Positions 20,318 through 33,312 of a DNA stretch of 64,000 nt are shown one piece after another (the first letter of the stretch is position 1; every line of letters begins with the position of its first letter). Below the pieces are notes generated by a model. That model was not told the origin of the DNA, made no database searches, and saw only the letters and a program-made list of their open reading frames with translations. This DNA is from Somniosus microcephalus (lineage: Eukaryota), in NCBI GenBank assembly GCA_052327205.1, contig CM126209.1, positions 39,246,001-39,310,000 on the forward strand, in the 5' to 3' direction. Made by a program: the position numbers and the translations under genes.

Positions 20318-22658
20318 GGAATGAAAGTCCTTTCTCTCTATAAGGTGTAAGGTTCTCACATGAAAGGAGTTTGACTTTTCTCAATCAAGTTCCTAGTGTG
20401 TGTGAGCCTACAACACAAACTGCCCATAATTGTGCATTAACTGGCACTAAGTTAGCTCTCACCTCCAGTGGCTATAAGAAGGCTGGGGTAGGAAGAGGAA
20501 AAACTCATAATAGGGGTGCTCTTTTGATGTTGGGGCCAAGGAAAAATTGTATCAGCTGGTTGTGCTTTACCTGATCTGGGAGTATTTGATGCTAACACTG
20601 GATGACAATAGTATTCCACTCCCAACACAGCACTGAAATCCTTCACTTCAATGAGCACAGAACTTAACTCCTGTAAAACAGGCCACAGAAATAATGGCAT
20701 TTGGCATAGGTTTACCTGGCGAGGGGGACAAATATATATATTTAAACAAATAAAATTGTTTTTATTTGCCACTGAATCGAGATGTTTGTATTACTGAATT
20801 AGAAAACTCGTCTGCAAAATGCTGCCTTTCTTTGCTAAGAAGTTCACTGCTTAAATATGTTCTGACCCTCTCAGATGATGTTAGGCACCCATGGATCCAT
20901 AAGAAAACAAACCACCTGCAATTTTCTAGTTTCAGCTACACAGAGAGTCCAAGGTCATCACTTTCTGCCCACCATTCCTAATGTAATGAGTTTCCAATCT
21001 GCAGCAAGCTATTGGAAGAAGGCACCCAATAAAAGTGGCTTCACAGCACTACCTAAGGTACTTAATGCTGACACGACTTTTTCTATATATTTAGCCAATA
21101 GGAAACTTAAAGACATACGTTTATCAGGATTCTTCAGCACACTAGTGCTTACTATGGTACAAATACACTGTTGCCATTAATTCCTGTTAAACTGTTGCCA
21201 GCTTTCCTGTTTCAACTTGTAATCTGTTTGTATTATCCAGTTTCTTGAAATAAATTGTAAATAAAAAAGAAAATGGATTTATAAAATTTAGATTCATCTA
21301 ATGCATTTAATGTAAGAAGCAGATATTCTTACAACAACTTGCATTTATATAGCACCTTAAACGTAGTAAAACATCCCCAGTGCAGTACAGCTTTAAATGC
21401 CATTTGAATCTGCAACAATCATTAGTTACACCAGTACAATTAAACATTCTATGGTAATCTCAGTCAGCAAGAGGTGGTAGGAGTGTTTAAAATGCTGTAT
21501 TATCCAATTATGTTATTGATAATCACCTCTAATATCTGATCTAATGTGGTACTTACTGATGTTATCGGTTACAAAAATAGAAAATATTCTAGCGCTTATT
21601 ACAATCAATTATCAGGCAAAACCCAGAAAGGAAGGGTATTCCTGGCGGTATATGATTAGCCCGTCATAACCGAAACTCAGTCATCTTATTCCGTAGTACA
21701 AACTTTACCTTATGCATCTGGAATACCAATCCTACATCTGGAATAGGGCTTCTTCCTCATTTGGGTTATCCTGGATGCTGTTCCACAGAGGCACCAAGCT
21801 TTTTTCAAAAGCTTCAAAGATGAACACCAAATAATATACCAATTCCTGCTTATCAAGGCATTGCGCAACTTACAGAATATTTTCACTGTTTTAATGTTAA
21901 ATGTTCCACAGGACTTTCCAAAGTAATTCCTCCCGTGTCTGCTTCCCTGGATTCAGTTCTGAGGCGGTCTCAGGATGCACTGCTGCACTGTTTCTCAGTG
22001 TTAAGAATTAACACCTTCCCAGTCATTTCTCTCACTGACATTATTGTCGAATTCCTTTTCCTCATTCATTTTTCTCAATATATTCTAAATTGCCAGTATT
22101 TTAAAGGAAATAGTTTTACATTTCTTTAAATTAGTCCACAGAAGCATTCTACTCTAATACATATAACTTGGACTCTGATTCAATTGGCCTTAGGCAATTG
22201 TTATAATGAAAGTTTGGTTTAAAGAAATACAGTTCATTCGAAGAGTATGCTACTATCCTTACCCAATTACAATAATGTCTCTTTTAAAACACAGCAATGA
22301 ATTTCCTTTCAAAATTAAATATTAATTCAAAACTAGTACCTCTGCAGAGTATATCTTAGTATATTTTTTTTAAATGGTAATGATTTCTACATTCAAAAAT
22401 TAAAATTTACAGTAAACTTGCACTAACAATCAAAGAAACTGAAAAGATAATACATGGTGATTTTTCTTACAAATGTTTTAAACGTTTTGCACTATTAATA
22501 ATATAACACGCCCATTTTTCTCCAATGCTTTGGATACTCAAACATACTGCAGGGCATCACAGAGGGAATTGTTGTCTTTACTCAGTGTTTACACTGGTCA
22601 CAGACAGGCTCTGTCTCCGCTAGGATCCCTTCATAGTAAAATAAGGATTCACTTTCCG

Positions 22659-22876
22659 AAATAACAACAGAAGACGCTGTAAAAACTCAGCAGGCCAGGC
22701 AACATCCGTGGAGAGAGAAATAGAGTCAACGTTTCAAGTCAAAACCCTTCTTCAGGTTTCGACCTGAAACGTTGACTCTATTTCTCTCTCCATGGATGTT
22801 GCCTGGCCTGCTGAGTTTTTCCAGCGTCTTCTGTTGTTATTTCGGATTTCCAGCATCCGCAGTATTTTGCTATCGC
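22659..22876. mobile_element. Penelope-like element terminal (pLTR) insertion forming a long palindrome
   Basis: 92-bp inverted arms (22655-22746, 22755-22846; 4 mismatches; 8-nt loop); 12-bp direct repeat ATTCACTTTCCG at 22647-22658 and 22877-22888. Confidence 0.75.
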
Positions 22877-25800
22877 ATTCACTTTCCGGACTCGTGCATG
22901 GAAGAATGGCCACTGGTTATTTGGGTGAGGAGCTGACGGGCCAGCGTCGCTCGTGGATGCATAGCACATGGGTCGCCGCCTTTGGGGAGAGAAGTAGGGG
23001 GCAGAAAACTAAATTTTAAAAAACAGTAAAGGTTATCAAAAATCTACACCAGCATCCTTTTGCTGTTTGTTTCATTTTGGGTTAAACAATGATCGCTGAT
23101 GACATTATTTGGCAAACCTCTGGAAGCAGTTACTGAGTGAACATCGTGAACGGATTGATTTAATGTCAGTGGATAATCAGTAACCCAGCAGGGCCTCAGC
23201 TTCCACTATTGGTATTCACTCATCTCCCTCACAAATGTATGGCTCAGAACCATCGCCAAGCCAGTTCCCCGTCACCAACATTCACCAAAACAAAAGCAGC
23301 AGCAAAGACGGGAGTAAACTAACAGATAATGACAGTTTTCAGTGACAGTTTGATTTTTACAAGGAGTTAATAACAGTGACACTTTATAAGACACATTTTT
23401 AAGTTCCAGTTTAAATAGGACTCAGTATGTACAGTCAAGAGGAATGCGATATATTAGACTAGACACCAAACAACCAATGGCAGTCCAATGAATGAAGTTC
23501 CCCCAATCAGTGTATGTTTCTTTTTAATTTTTCGTGCGGAAGATAAAATAATGCAAATAAGGTTCAGCCTGGTGCAGCGAACTGTAGCGCCATCAACTGG
23601 TGCCAGCGCGCCATTTATATTTTTTTAAATCGTTCTGATTTTCCAAAGTGCTGAGGGACACAGTGCTGTTCTTATAGTTTCACAATGAATTCTGAAAACA
23701 GCACGCACTTTCCTTGGTGATTTGTGGAATTCATGTTCACAGAAATTGGCAAAATGTAGAGTTGATCGTGGGCATTTGTTGCTGTGAAAAGCATTGATTT
23801 AAAAGGCAGGCAAGTTAAATTGAAGAAAACATTTTGATCTATTATTGAGTGTTGTACCCTTCCTTTCTTTTCTCTATCCTTTGTAATTTTCATGACAGAA
23901 TATATTGTAAGTATATCGGTTTCCACAATAGGCAGAATGGTGTTGTCACAGACTCCAGCCAGGCTGTAAGATCTATTGCTTATCATTCTGATAACTGTGG
24001 ATAATTGCTCAAATTGGGGTGAGGATTTCTGAGAAGTCCGCAAGATCATAGGCTACACGTGAAATGTTTGATAGGATCATCGCATTGCTTCATAAACTGG
24101 TGTAGTGTTAAAAAGTAAAGATATCAGGAATACATACTACACGAAACCTGTTACAAGCAATCTTTTCCTTAACACTTAATATGGTAGAATGTCAAATAAC
24201 AAATATTTACCTTTGCATTTCTGCAGAAATCAATACTAAACTGGTAGGTTTCCTGTCTGTGCTCAGCAGTCAGACCTGAACAGCGGAAGAGAGGCCGCGG
24301 TTCTATAATTAAACTGAGTAAATGTTCCATTTAACTTTAGTTAAATATTTTATACTTTTTTAAATGACGTGCGTTATGCAATAAATCATATGCAACTGAG
24401 TTGTATTAATTTACCTACCTAACCTAATACAAAATGGCACAAATCTGGACTAAAGCAACGTTTAGGATGCGTTACCTAGTGTTGGTTCTAACTAACGTCT
24501 CCCTTTGTGATATTGAATGGAAATCAGCATTTAATAGTGATTGGTGAAATTCTGTTAATGTCCTGCGTTAGAGCTGACGGTTTTTCATAGCACCCCAGTC
24601 ACAATAATGATTTCAGCCCCTAACACTTAGCCCGCTTTACAGCTGGATTTGCGCTATCGTGTCAGGATAATGACCCGGTTTATACACCTCCGGTTTAAAA
24701 AAAATCTGAAATTCACTGCTTTCCAAATGGCAATTTTTTTCTAAATCCTTTTAAAGATTCATCAATAAGTGTCCCTGGTATCAGGTCATTGGGTACGGGA
24801 CTAACCTTTCGATTTACAGAATTGAGGCCAGAGCAGGGTCTGGTTTGATTTCTCATTAAGAGAAAGCTCGCGAGTAAGATATTAATGACATGTATTAAGT
24901 GTTTGGCAAATGTCTGGGTATCTGTTTCCTTTACTTCTGATCAATAGCTTGGACAGAGCGAGCGATAGATGCATGTGCCGAGGCCGAGAAGAGAAGCCGT
25001 GTACTCTAATGTTTGAACCTACGGCTGAGGACAAGCCTCTTTCTTGTTGTCTGTTTTTTAACCATCTTTTCCAATCCTGAGTAAAACTTTAAACATATAT
25101 ATTTTGAGGCAACTTTCAAACGAGCTTCCACGGCAAATCGAGCCAGGAATTAAACGCAGCACCTGTGTTGCCGCAAAAACGTAGCAATCATTGTCACAAG
25201 CGGTGCCTCCATTCACTGCAGCGTTTTTGGGGGAGAGGTCTCTTGGGCTACCAACACTAAATGAACAAATCTCATATCAATCACATTTCAGAGAGCGAAC
25301 ATTTTACTGCTATCACTGACAAAGTCAGTATAGTTTACTTTGCGGTGCTCTGTGACAATGAACAAAGAGCCCATCTACCGTCAAATACTAGATGCCAATG
25401 TGCTACCCACGGTTTGGACTTGGACAAATTATCTAGAATGATATCGAGGTTAACATTTCCTCCATTACACATTCGCCCACTATATAATGATTCAAAGCTT
25501 TCATTCTGGGCATTCATCATGAGCGAGCATGATAATGCAATAATATTTAATAATTCACACAGTCTGAAAAGTGTTTTGGTCGGATATTGCCTTTTTGCGG
25601 ATAAAGGAATTATGACATTGTTATCGGCAGCATTCCTGAACCTCGCATAATGATGATGACGAATATTATAGCTTGGAATAATTCATATTTAACTGTGCAA
25701 ATGCTGACACGTTATTATTGACAAAATATGTCATACCAATTCTGCCTTGTCTTCCAAGACTCGTATCTACCATAACAGCCAGGTTTTCCCGTGAATATTT

Positions 25801-28800
25801 AAAATAAGCGGAGAATCCAGGAAGCATAAAGGTTTGTGTTGTTGTTGTTGTTTTAACCGAACGTACACGCCTGCACGAATGGTTTAATATTAACAGAAGA
25901 AAATCAGATCCCCGTTGAAAGTGTTAAATAGATTATCTCAAATCCATTTGGCAAAGTACTAAATAGTCACTGTCACATTCATCGGGAAATGGGGCCTGGG
26001 TTGGAAAGACATCAATGAGTTTCTGGTACCTGGCTGATCTGAAAAAGCCAGTGCCATCTGACAACGTTCACATCTGGAAATTAAATCATAATAACTACTG
26101 TATTTAAAATAAAATCTACAGACAGTAAACTCACGTGTGAGTGCAATGTAAACTCCGCTGCTGATACGTCCAGTGGTTAAGATAGGTACAACATGACATC
26201 TACTGTAATAAAATCAGAAAATGCTCCAAATGTTGTTTGCGTCCCAAACAGACTTGCTGTGTATTTCCAGCATTTCTTGTTTTTATTTCAGATCTGCAGT
26301 TGCTTTCTTTCCATTTCTAACATCAATTGAAGTTTGATTTCCACCAACTTCCTCGGTCAGAAAGGGCACAAATCAGCAGACATGTTTTTTTCTCTAGCGG
26401 GTTCTTAATGGCAGACTTATGTAAATAAACACTTCTGTGTTATTTATCAGGTTTACAGATATGTTTGCTTAGAAAAATAGCATCGCGACTTTCCAAAAAC
26501 CGTCTGAACAGACTGAGTTTTGATTTGCCCCTTTTTTTCTCACTCCACCCAAACCAGATTGCTTTTAATGCATCTGAAATGAAATACTTCTGACGCAGGT
26601 TGTAATTTATCCATTCACTATTTAAAGTTTTTTTCAGCTTTTTATGTACATCTCATCAAGGTTTCATTCCTAAAATGATGACGTTGAGAGATAACAAGCT
26701 GTAGGCTCCTGGTGTTAAAATCTGCTATACTGTTTTGTTCTACATAATTTCCCGATACCTGCTGAAAAACAGTCTAGAAGTAGGTAGCAGCTCATTTGAA
26801 GAATTGTAAAAAAAAATGATAGTTTCCCTCCCTCTTTTTAATGCTACGAGTTGTAATAACTCACAAGTTAATAATACAGGTCTCAATTTCGTTGATATTG
26901 AGTTGAAAAGCAGGATTCCAATCTCTGTCCTGATCTTCTCCAAGCACTTTTAGTTGTCATGGTCCATTCGCATATATTACGTCAATAACCTATTAGAATG
27001 GGTCTCCTTTTAAATCAGTCCTGAACACAGAGTAATTCCTGGCTCGTTTTGGAATTCATCCGAAAGTAACATACAGAACTAGGCTTACAAAAATAATAAA
27101 TCCTAAACAGGCAGAGAGACCCCCTGGAAACTGACAAACCCAATAGTCTCATAAAAACAGCCACTGCAGGAATACATAAACTTTTTTCGGGGGCTCCGAA
27201 ACGATTCGTTGTACGATTCTGAAAGTTTCCTTTCGGTTAATACTGGATATATCTTTCTGCTGTGTTGGTCGTAATAACAAAAAATGATTTTACGCCAGGT
27301 TTTGCTGTTGCAAAAACAATACGGAAATGTGTGCTGTTGCCCTGTATATTGCTTGAAGAAATAGTGATTAAGAAAATATATATCGACAGGGGGTGCTGTA
27401 CAGGAAGCGTTCGGCATACATCCCTAAGTTAATTATGAATCATTCAATCACTCCCATCTGTAGTATTCCTTCGGTCAGAAGTGATCGAACAGCTTGTTCC
27501 TGAACACAGCCTGTATGAATGGCGCCATCGGCCAGATGAGTAAAGCTAAGGGTTTACCATTCATAACATTACTTTAACTCTGAGAACTAATGAAGTGCTT
27601 TCCCCCAAAGTTCTGCCAGCCAAACAAAGTCAGTTATCCCGAATCATGATAGGGCGAATATGCCAAAGGAACAGAGCTTCCCCGACACAACTCTCTGCTC
27701 ACAGAGCACCAAAGAATTTCGAGGTGTGGTTTCAAACTCTCACTGCAGCAGGCAAAAGGTTAATTGCCCTTGGCTTACTTCTGTTTCTGTCTAGTGACGT
27801 GATTGTCATCTCTTTAAAAAGAAACTGGAAAAAAAACAGCGGGAAAAAAGAATAATTCCCTAAAACGGTCTAAGCCTTCAACATTCAGGGACAACACCTA
27901 AAGTATCAAGCAGCTCGTTTATCTCTTGTTTCAAGACTTCATATTACAAAGGAGCTCCCTGATGATAAGTATCTGCTGTCAGAGAGATTGACTGCCCTGA
28001 TGGACATGTTAGCGGTTTCTGATGTCTTCTCCTCAGGGGTTGTTTTAAGACCTCGAAAGGTGTACCTCTCTGATCTGTCTTCCCATAACCTGAAGGGAAA
28101 TAATTAGCACAAAAAAATCAGTTTGTAACACAGGAGAGGGACGAACGTGATCTCCAAGCAACATCACAGAGAACAATGCATTCCTTTAGTGAAAGTCATG
28201 TAATTAATAAGAAGGTGGCTGCTTAAAAAACCATTGTCCACTTTGGATGTGTAACAGTTTGTTTTTAACCGCTAATTGCCGCATTCAAAGAAGGAACCGA
28301 ATCAAAGTCTGTTAATGATGCTTTTAAGCATAGTTGTTTAATTTATTGTTTGAGTGCTGCTACAGGATTTGTGTAGCATTTAATAATAAATATCCAGTTA
28401 ATTCAGTTTGGTTCGGTTCAAGATTTTAAATCCGAGCACCAGGTTAATGTTTTGCCAAGTTCTCGGAACATTCACAGTAAATGATGTTTAACTGTTTCAC
28501 TGGCGATTGCATAATTCTGATACACACTTTAATCTATTGTGGTTTTATCGGCAGGATGTATGGACCCCTGTTCTCAAAGATATGACTCTGAAGTGATTTG
28601 AGAACTTGGTATTGATTATTTAAGTGTAAATACTGCTTTAGTAAATCCAGCAGGAGAGACATTTCTTAAAACAACATATAAGGGAAGAATAGCTCAGTGA
28701 TTATATTAAGATGAACCATGAAAATGAATCCAGGCGTCGCGGTGATTCAAATCCGAAACAAGGTATCATAAAGAAACATTTACCTGTCCTTTTAACGCAA

Positions 28801-31800
28801 TCATTAATCTATAATAACGTTTTCATGTATTTTCAACAGTATGGAAAGGCTCTGTATGATCTGCAACTGTGTTACTTCTGTTATACCTGCACCAATACTG
28901 ATAAAGAGAAGTGCTCTGTTGTAGTTATTGTCCTCTGTAAGTACAAAACAACTACTATAAACTACTGATGTTACCTGATAACGGTCGCGCTGTGAATGTT
29001 TCAAAAATAACTACTGAGATGGTGCCTTAATAAGTCATATAAAGTATTACAGAAAGTTTGAACAATGGACACGTGTAATCTCAAAGAGTGAAGCCTACTT
29101 AAAGTATATGAATACGATAAGAATTTTAAAATAACCTTTAGCATCTCGAGTCAATAAAGTTTTTAGACCTACTTGAATCAAAAATCCAGAGTAGGCTTGT
29201 CTGTTGGTCCGCAAAGTAAAGGTATTTCTTAAGAAAAGAATCTTACATTATAATATTCGCTACACATAAGAACACTCATTTTCTTCTCATTATTGTTGGG
29301 TATTCCACATAATTGAAACAATTGTTCATTTCAATCCTAACCAGCGCACATATATTAATGTTAATATAACTGATATTGTTACTTTCTATCATAATGATAA
29401 CCTAATTCAATCATAATATAAATAGACTATGGAAAAGTTCCCAAAGGATAATAAAGGCTAAATCAGTTAAGTGGCGGATTCTAATGAATCCATCCCCAAG
29501 CCATTCACATGTGCCTGCAGAAACTGAGATTCTGATGTCAAACGTTTTTGGTAATTGTATCACTAACCGGGTTTCGAATGACGAATTCGCAGCGTTCAAT
29601 AGTTCTAACCAGCCCGCAACTTTGGAGAGGTTTCAATCAGAAGAAACCCAAACTCCTTACATATCTGCACTTCATTAAAAAAAGTAATATTCTCAGATCT
29701 AAAACTATTTGGTTCATTCTTCTATCACTTTGTATGTTATCCCTTTAAAGGGTGCACAATTTAGATTTGTTTGAAACTGTTGAAAAGAACTGTATCTCTC
29801 TTTTCCATCTGACCATCTATGCATATTACACACATTTATCCATTCATTCAGCAGGTGCCTTTAAATAACTAACTGAAGCCTGATGTTTTTTTTCCTGTAT
29901 ATAATCTCGCGAACAATCGCACTCAGTCTCTTGACTGTTGTTCAGTTCGGCAGGCAAATACGTGCAACTGTAGAACAAAAGCGCTTTATAGCGTTGGAGT
30001 AATGGGGATCGAACTTTAGAAGCAAGTCCAGTCCCCGTTCTAATGACTATAAACATGACATAGTCCTTTTGTGCGTGCAGGTGATTCTCTTTTTGAAAGA
30101 CTAATTAATTACAGATGCAAATCATGAATTAATCTGCAGCCTGTAGGGGAGTGCGTTGTAGGTGTAATTATCATTGCAGTAGCTATCTTTTACTGCCCTG
30201 TGTAATCGTTAACATGTATTTTTATATATAAAGTTATGCACCCATGACTCATTTTTCCCCATAGATTTGAATAAATGTTTTTCTGGATGTCACGGCGCGT
30301 AGTAATGCTTAATTTGCATCCATTAGAATTGACAATAATACAATTGTAATGTGTGCTGAAAGCCTGTTATCGAAATGTGGACACCAATAACCATCTTGTT
30401 AAAAGAGTCAACGGCAGATACCTGGTCTATTAGCCTGGTCGTTTACACGAAGATAGAGCATAGTATCCCCCTGGAATGACACTAAGGTGTGAATGTTGTT
30501 ATTCAAGTGAATGAAACGAAAGATAACATTGGGTAAACAGCAAAGGTCATAGGTAACAAATAATGTACAGGGAATGAAGATGGGTGTTTCAATTTCCACA
30601 CACACTCATCCAAATGTTCCTTAGTGGCATAAATTATCTGCATTATAGATAAGAGCTGGACTGTTGCAATCATTGCCTATTATGTGCTGTAGGGCCAAAC
30701 AGCAAATTGACGACTTCTATCTGATTACTGTTCTGGAACATTATGTAAATACAGAAACAATGCACACAATGGGCTGTGTTCAGCTGCTGCGTAAAGGTAA
30801 CACATTAGTAACGAAAATAAAGATAAACTAAATGGAAGCCTTAATTAAACCTTCCAAAACAAATTGGATCAAATTCCCGTGCATCACTCCGGTAAGTCTT
30901 TTGCTAAACTGAGCTGGCGAGGTGCGTAGAATAAAAGGTCTGTCGTGAGATTGCTCCAGTATAAATTGGAATAATAATAAAAAAAATTAAAAAAACAAAC
31001 AGCCCTCTGTTGACATTTACCAAAACTATGTGAATATATCCAAGTGGTAGCTGAATATAAAATTGCCCTGGTTCACAGGCTAATTATCTCCTCTTCCTCA
31101 ATTCTCGTTCTTCTAAATGAGTGCTGTAACATTTTGTAAGTGTTTAAACCGGATTATGTGTATTATAATAGGCAGCACATAAAATGATATTTTAAAACAT
31201 TAGATACGTTTATGTTTTTCTTTCATAAAGCATCTCAAGCGGTTCACGACTTTTTTTTGAGGGGGGGTTAAATTCGTCAGGCAAACAGTGAAAATGGTCC
31301 GTCTCTATTAAATGAACTCATGAGAAATACAGTACAACATTAAAATGACATATGCGAAATCCTGCTTGAATCTGAGGTCACAGCATATCCGTTCTACTTA
31401 TAAATCTTCATATACAAATTGGGCTTGCTTCCATAATAAAATTATTGCTATTTCTTGCAGTGCTACACTTCATAAAATCGCGTTTTAATGTGCAATATAT
31501 CCCTGGCATATAATACTTTATCATGAAAACCTCACAAATTGAACGTCTCTGTTTAAAACCGCATGGAACATTGCAGACATCTCTTTTTGAATCTGGCTGC
31601 TTCAGATGCGGAGAAGCTTTATTTTCTGATTTGCGCCATCCAGCCCAAGATAGAAACTGGACTTTAAAAAGGCAAAGCCTGGAAAATAACCAATTTATAG
31701 AAACAAGATTTTGGTTTCTCATTGTAAAATGTGTTGCCTCAATGGGCAACCAGAGTGTTGAGGCGCTCAAAATGACAGAGGAGCAAAAGCATGGGCGCTT

Positions 31801-31899
31801 TAAACAAATTTCCCCTACAGATGGAAATGAAGCAGCGTTTTGTGCCAATGGACAGGAGTAAGTCATTTGCCTACTGCTCGTCTAGTGGTGGTTTACAGG

Positions 31900-32315
31900 A
31901 CGAGTTTCTTTTGTGGTATTAGTCTCGTCCTCATTTGCTGCCTAATTGGACTATATAAAGCCAATAACAGGCGAGCTCTTATAGCCTTAAGCGAAGCGCA
32001 AAGTATAGGGAGGTGGACTTATTATATGCCATTCTTTTTTTTTCCTTCGGTAATCCCATTTGCCATTGTGCGTGCCCAATCGCCGTATACTTTCTGCATT
32101 TAACTTGTATGACATTTTTATTTCATCATTATCATCTGGCGCCAGATTGACGCTGAATGCCTCCTACTCTGTTCCAAATTGCTGTGGATTTCCACTGTAG
32201 CCACATGCAAAAGTTTGGTGCGTTTTTCTGAACTCCCGGGATTCTGATCAACGCGGTCCGTTTTCCTCTCAGCCTCGGCACGGTTCCTTCTGTTTATGAT
32301 CGGAGACAGGCCACC
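31900..32315 (+). promoter_or_regulatory. HMX3: HMX3 proximal promoter and 5' UTR (approximate)
   Basis: TATATAAA at ~31952, CCAAT motifs, strong Kozak GCCACCATG at 32310-32318. Confidence 0.5.
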
Positions 32316-32610
32316 ATGCCCGAGACAGCAGCACAGGAGAGTCCCATTCAGCCCAAGGAGTCCTCCTTCTCCATCAAAAACCTGCTGAACTGTGATCGAA
32401 AGCCTTCGAAGCCTAAGACTTTGCTGTCGGCGGTGAAAGGGGTGGTTGAAGGTGCTGCTTTTTCCTTACCTCACTGCAGGGAGCCCGGCTTCCCAAGGTT
32501 TGAAATCCCGGCGCAGAGGTTTACGCTCCCGGCGCATTATCTGGAGAGGTCCTCCGCCTGGTGGTATCCCTGCACACTGTCATCAGGAGTTCATCTCCCA
32601 AGGACAGAAG
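32316..32610 (+). CDS. HMX3: Homeobox protein HMX3 (Nkx5-1), coding exon 1
   Basis: MPE...[12 protein letters not shown] (eh1)...[24 protein letters not shown]; donor AAG|GTAAGG, phase 1. Confidence 0.95.
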
Positions 32611-32667
32611 GTAAGGCATCTTTAAGCACATTGTCCTTTCCAATGCACTGTCGTCTCGTCCTTATGA

Positions 32668-33312
<645 letters not shown>

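Larger units (their letters stand above)
18240..28934 (-). pseudogene. Candidate decayed multi-exon protein-coding gene of unknown family; boundaries tentative
   Basis: Internal repeat 19013-19104 vs 20941-21033 (~70% nt identity, YWVP...SL.RLETH.I.N...K.M..DS, several synonymous differences); several good minus-strand splice sites; long protein-like frames with scattered stops. Confidence 0.5.

Noticed and set aside
23672-24049. 125-aa ORF as an intact gene
   Set aside because: No recognisable domain; a different frame fits the upstream splice phase, so it is treated only as part of the candidate pseudogene
31408-31866. Overlapping 152-aa (-) and 112-aa (+) ORFs upstream of HMX3
   Set aside because: No protein motifs; more likely promoter-proximal non-coding sequence
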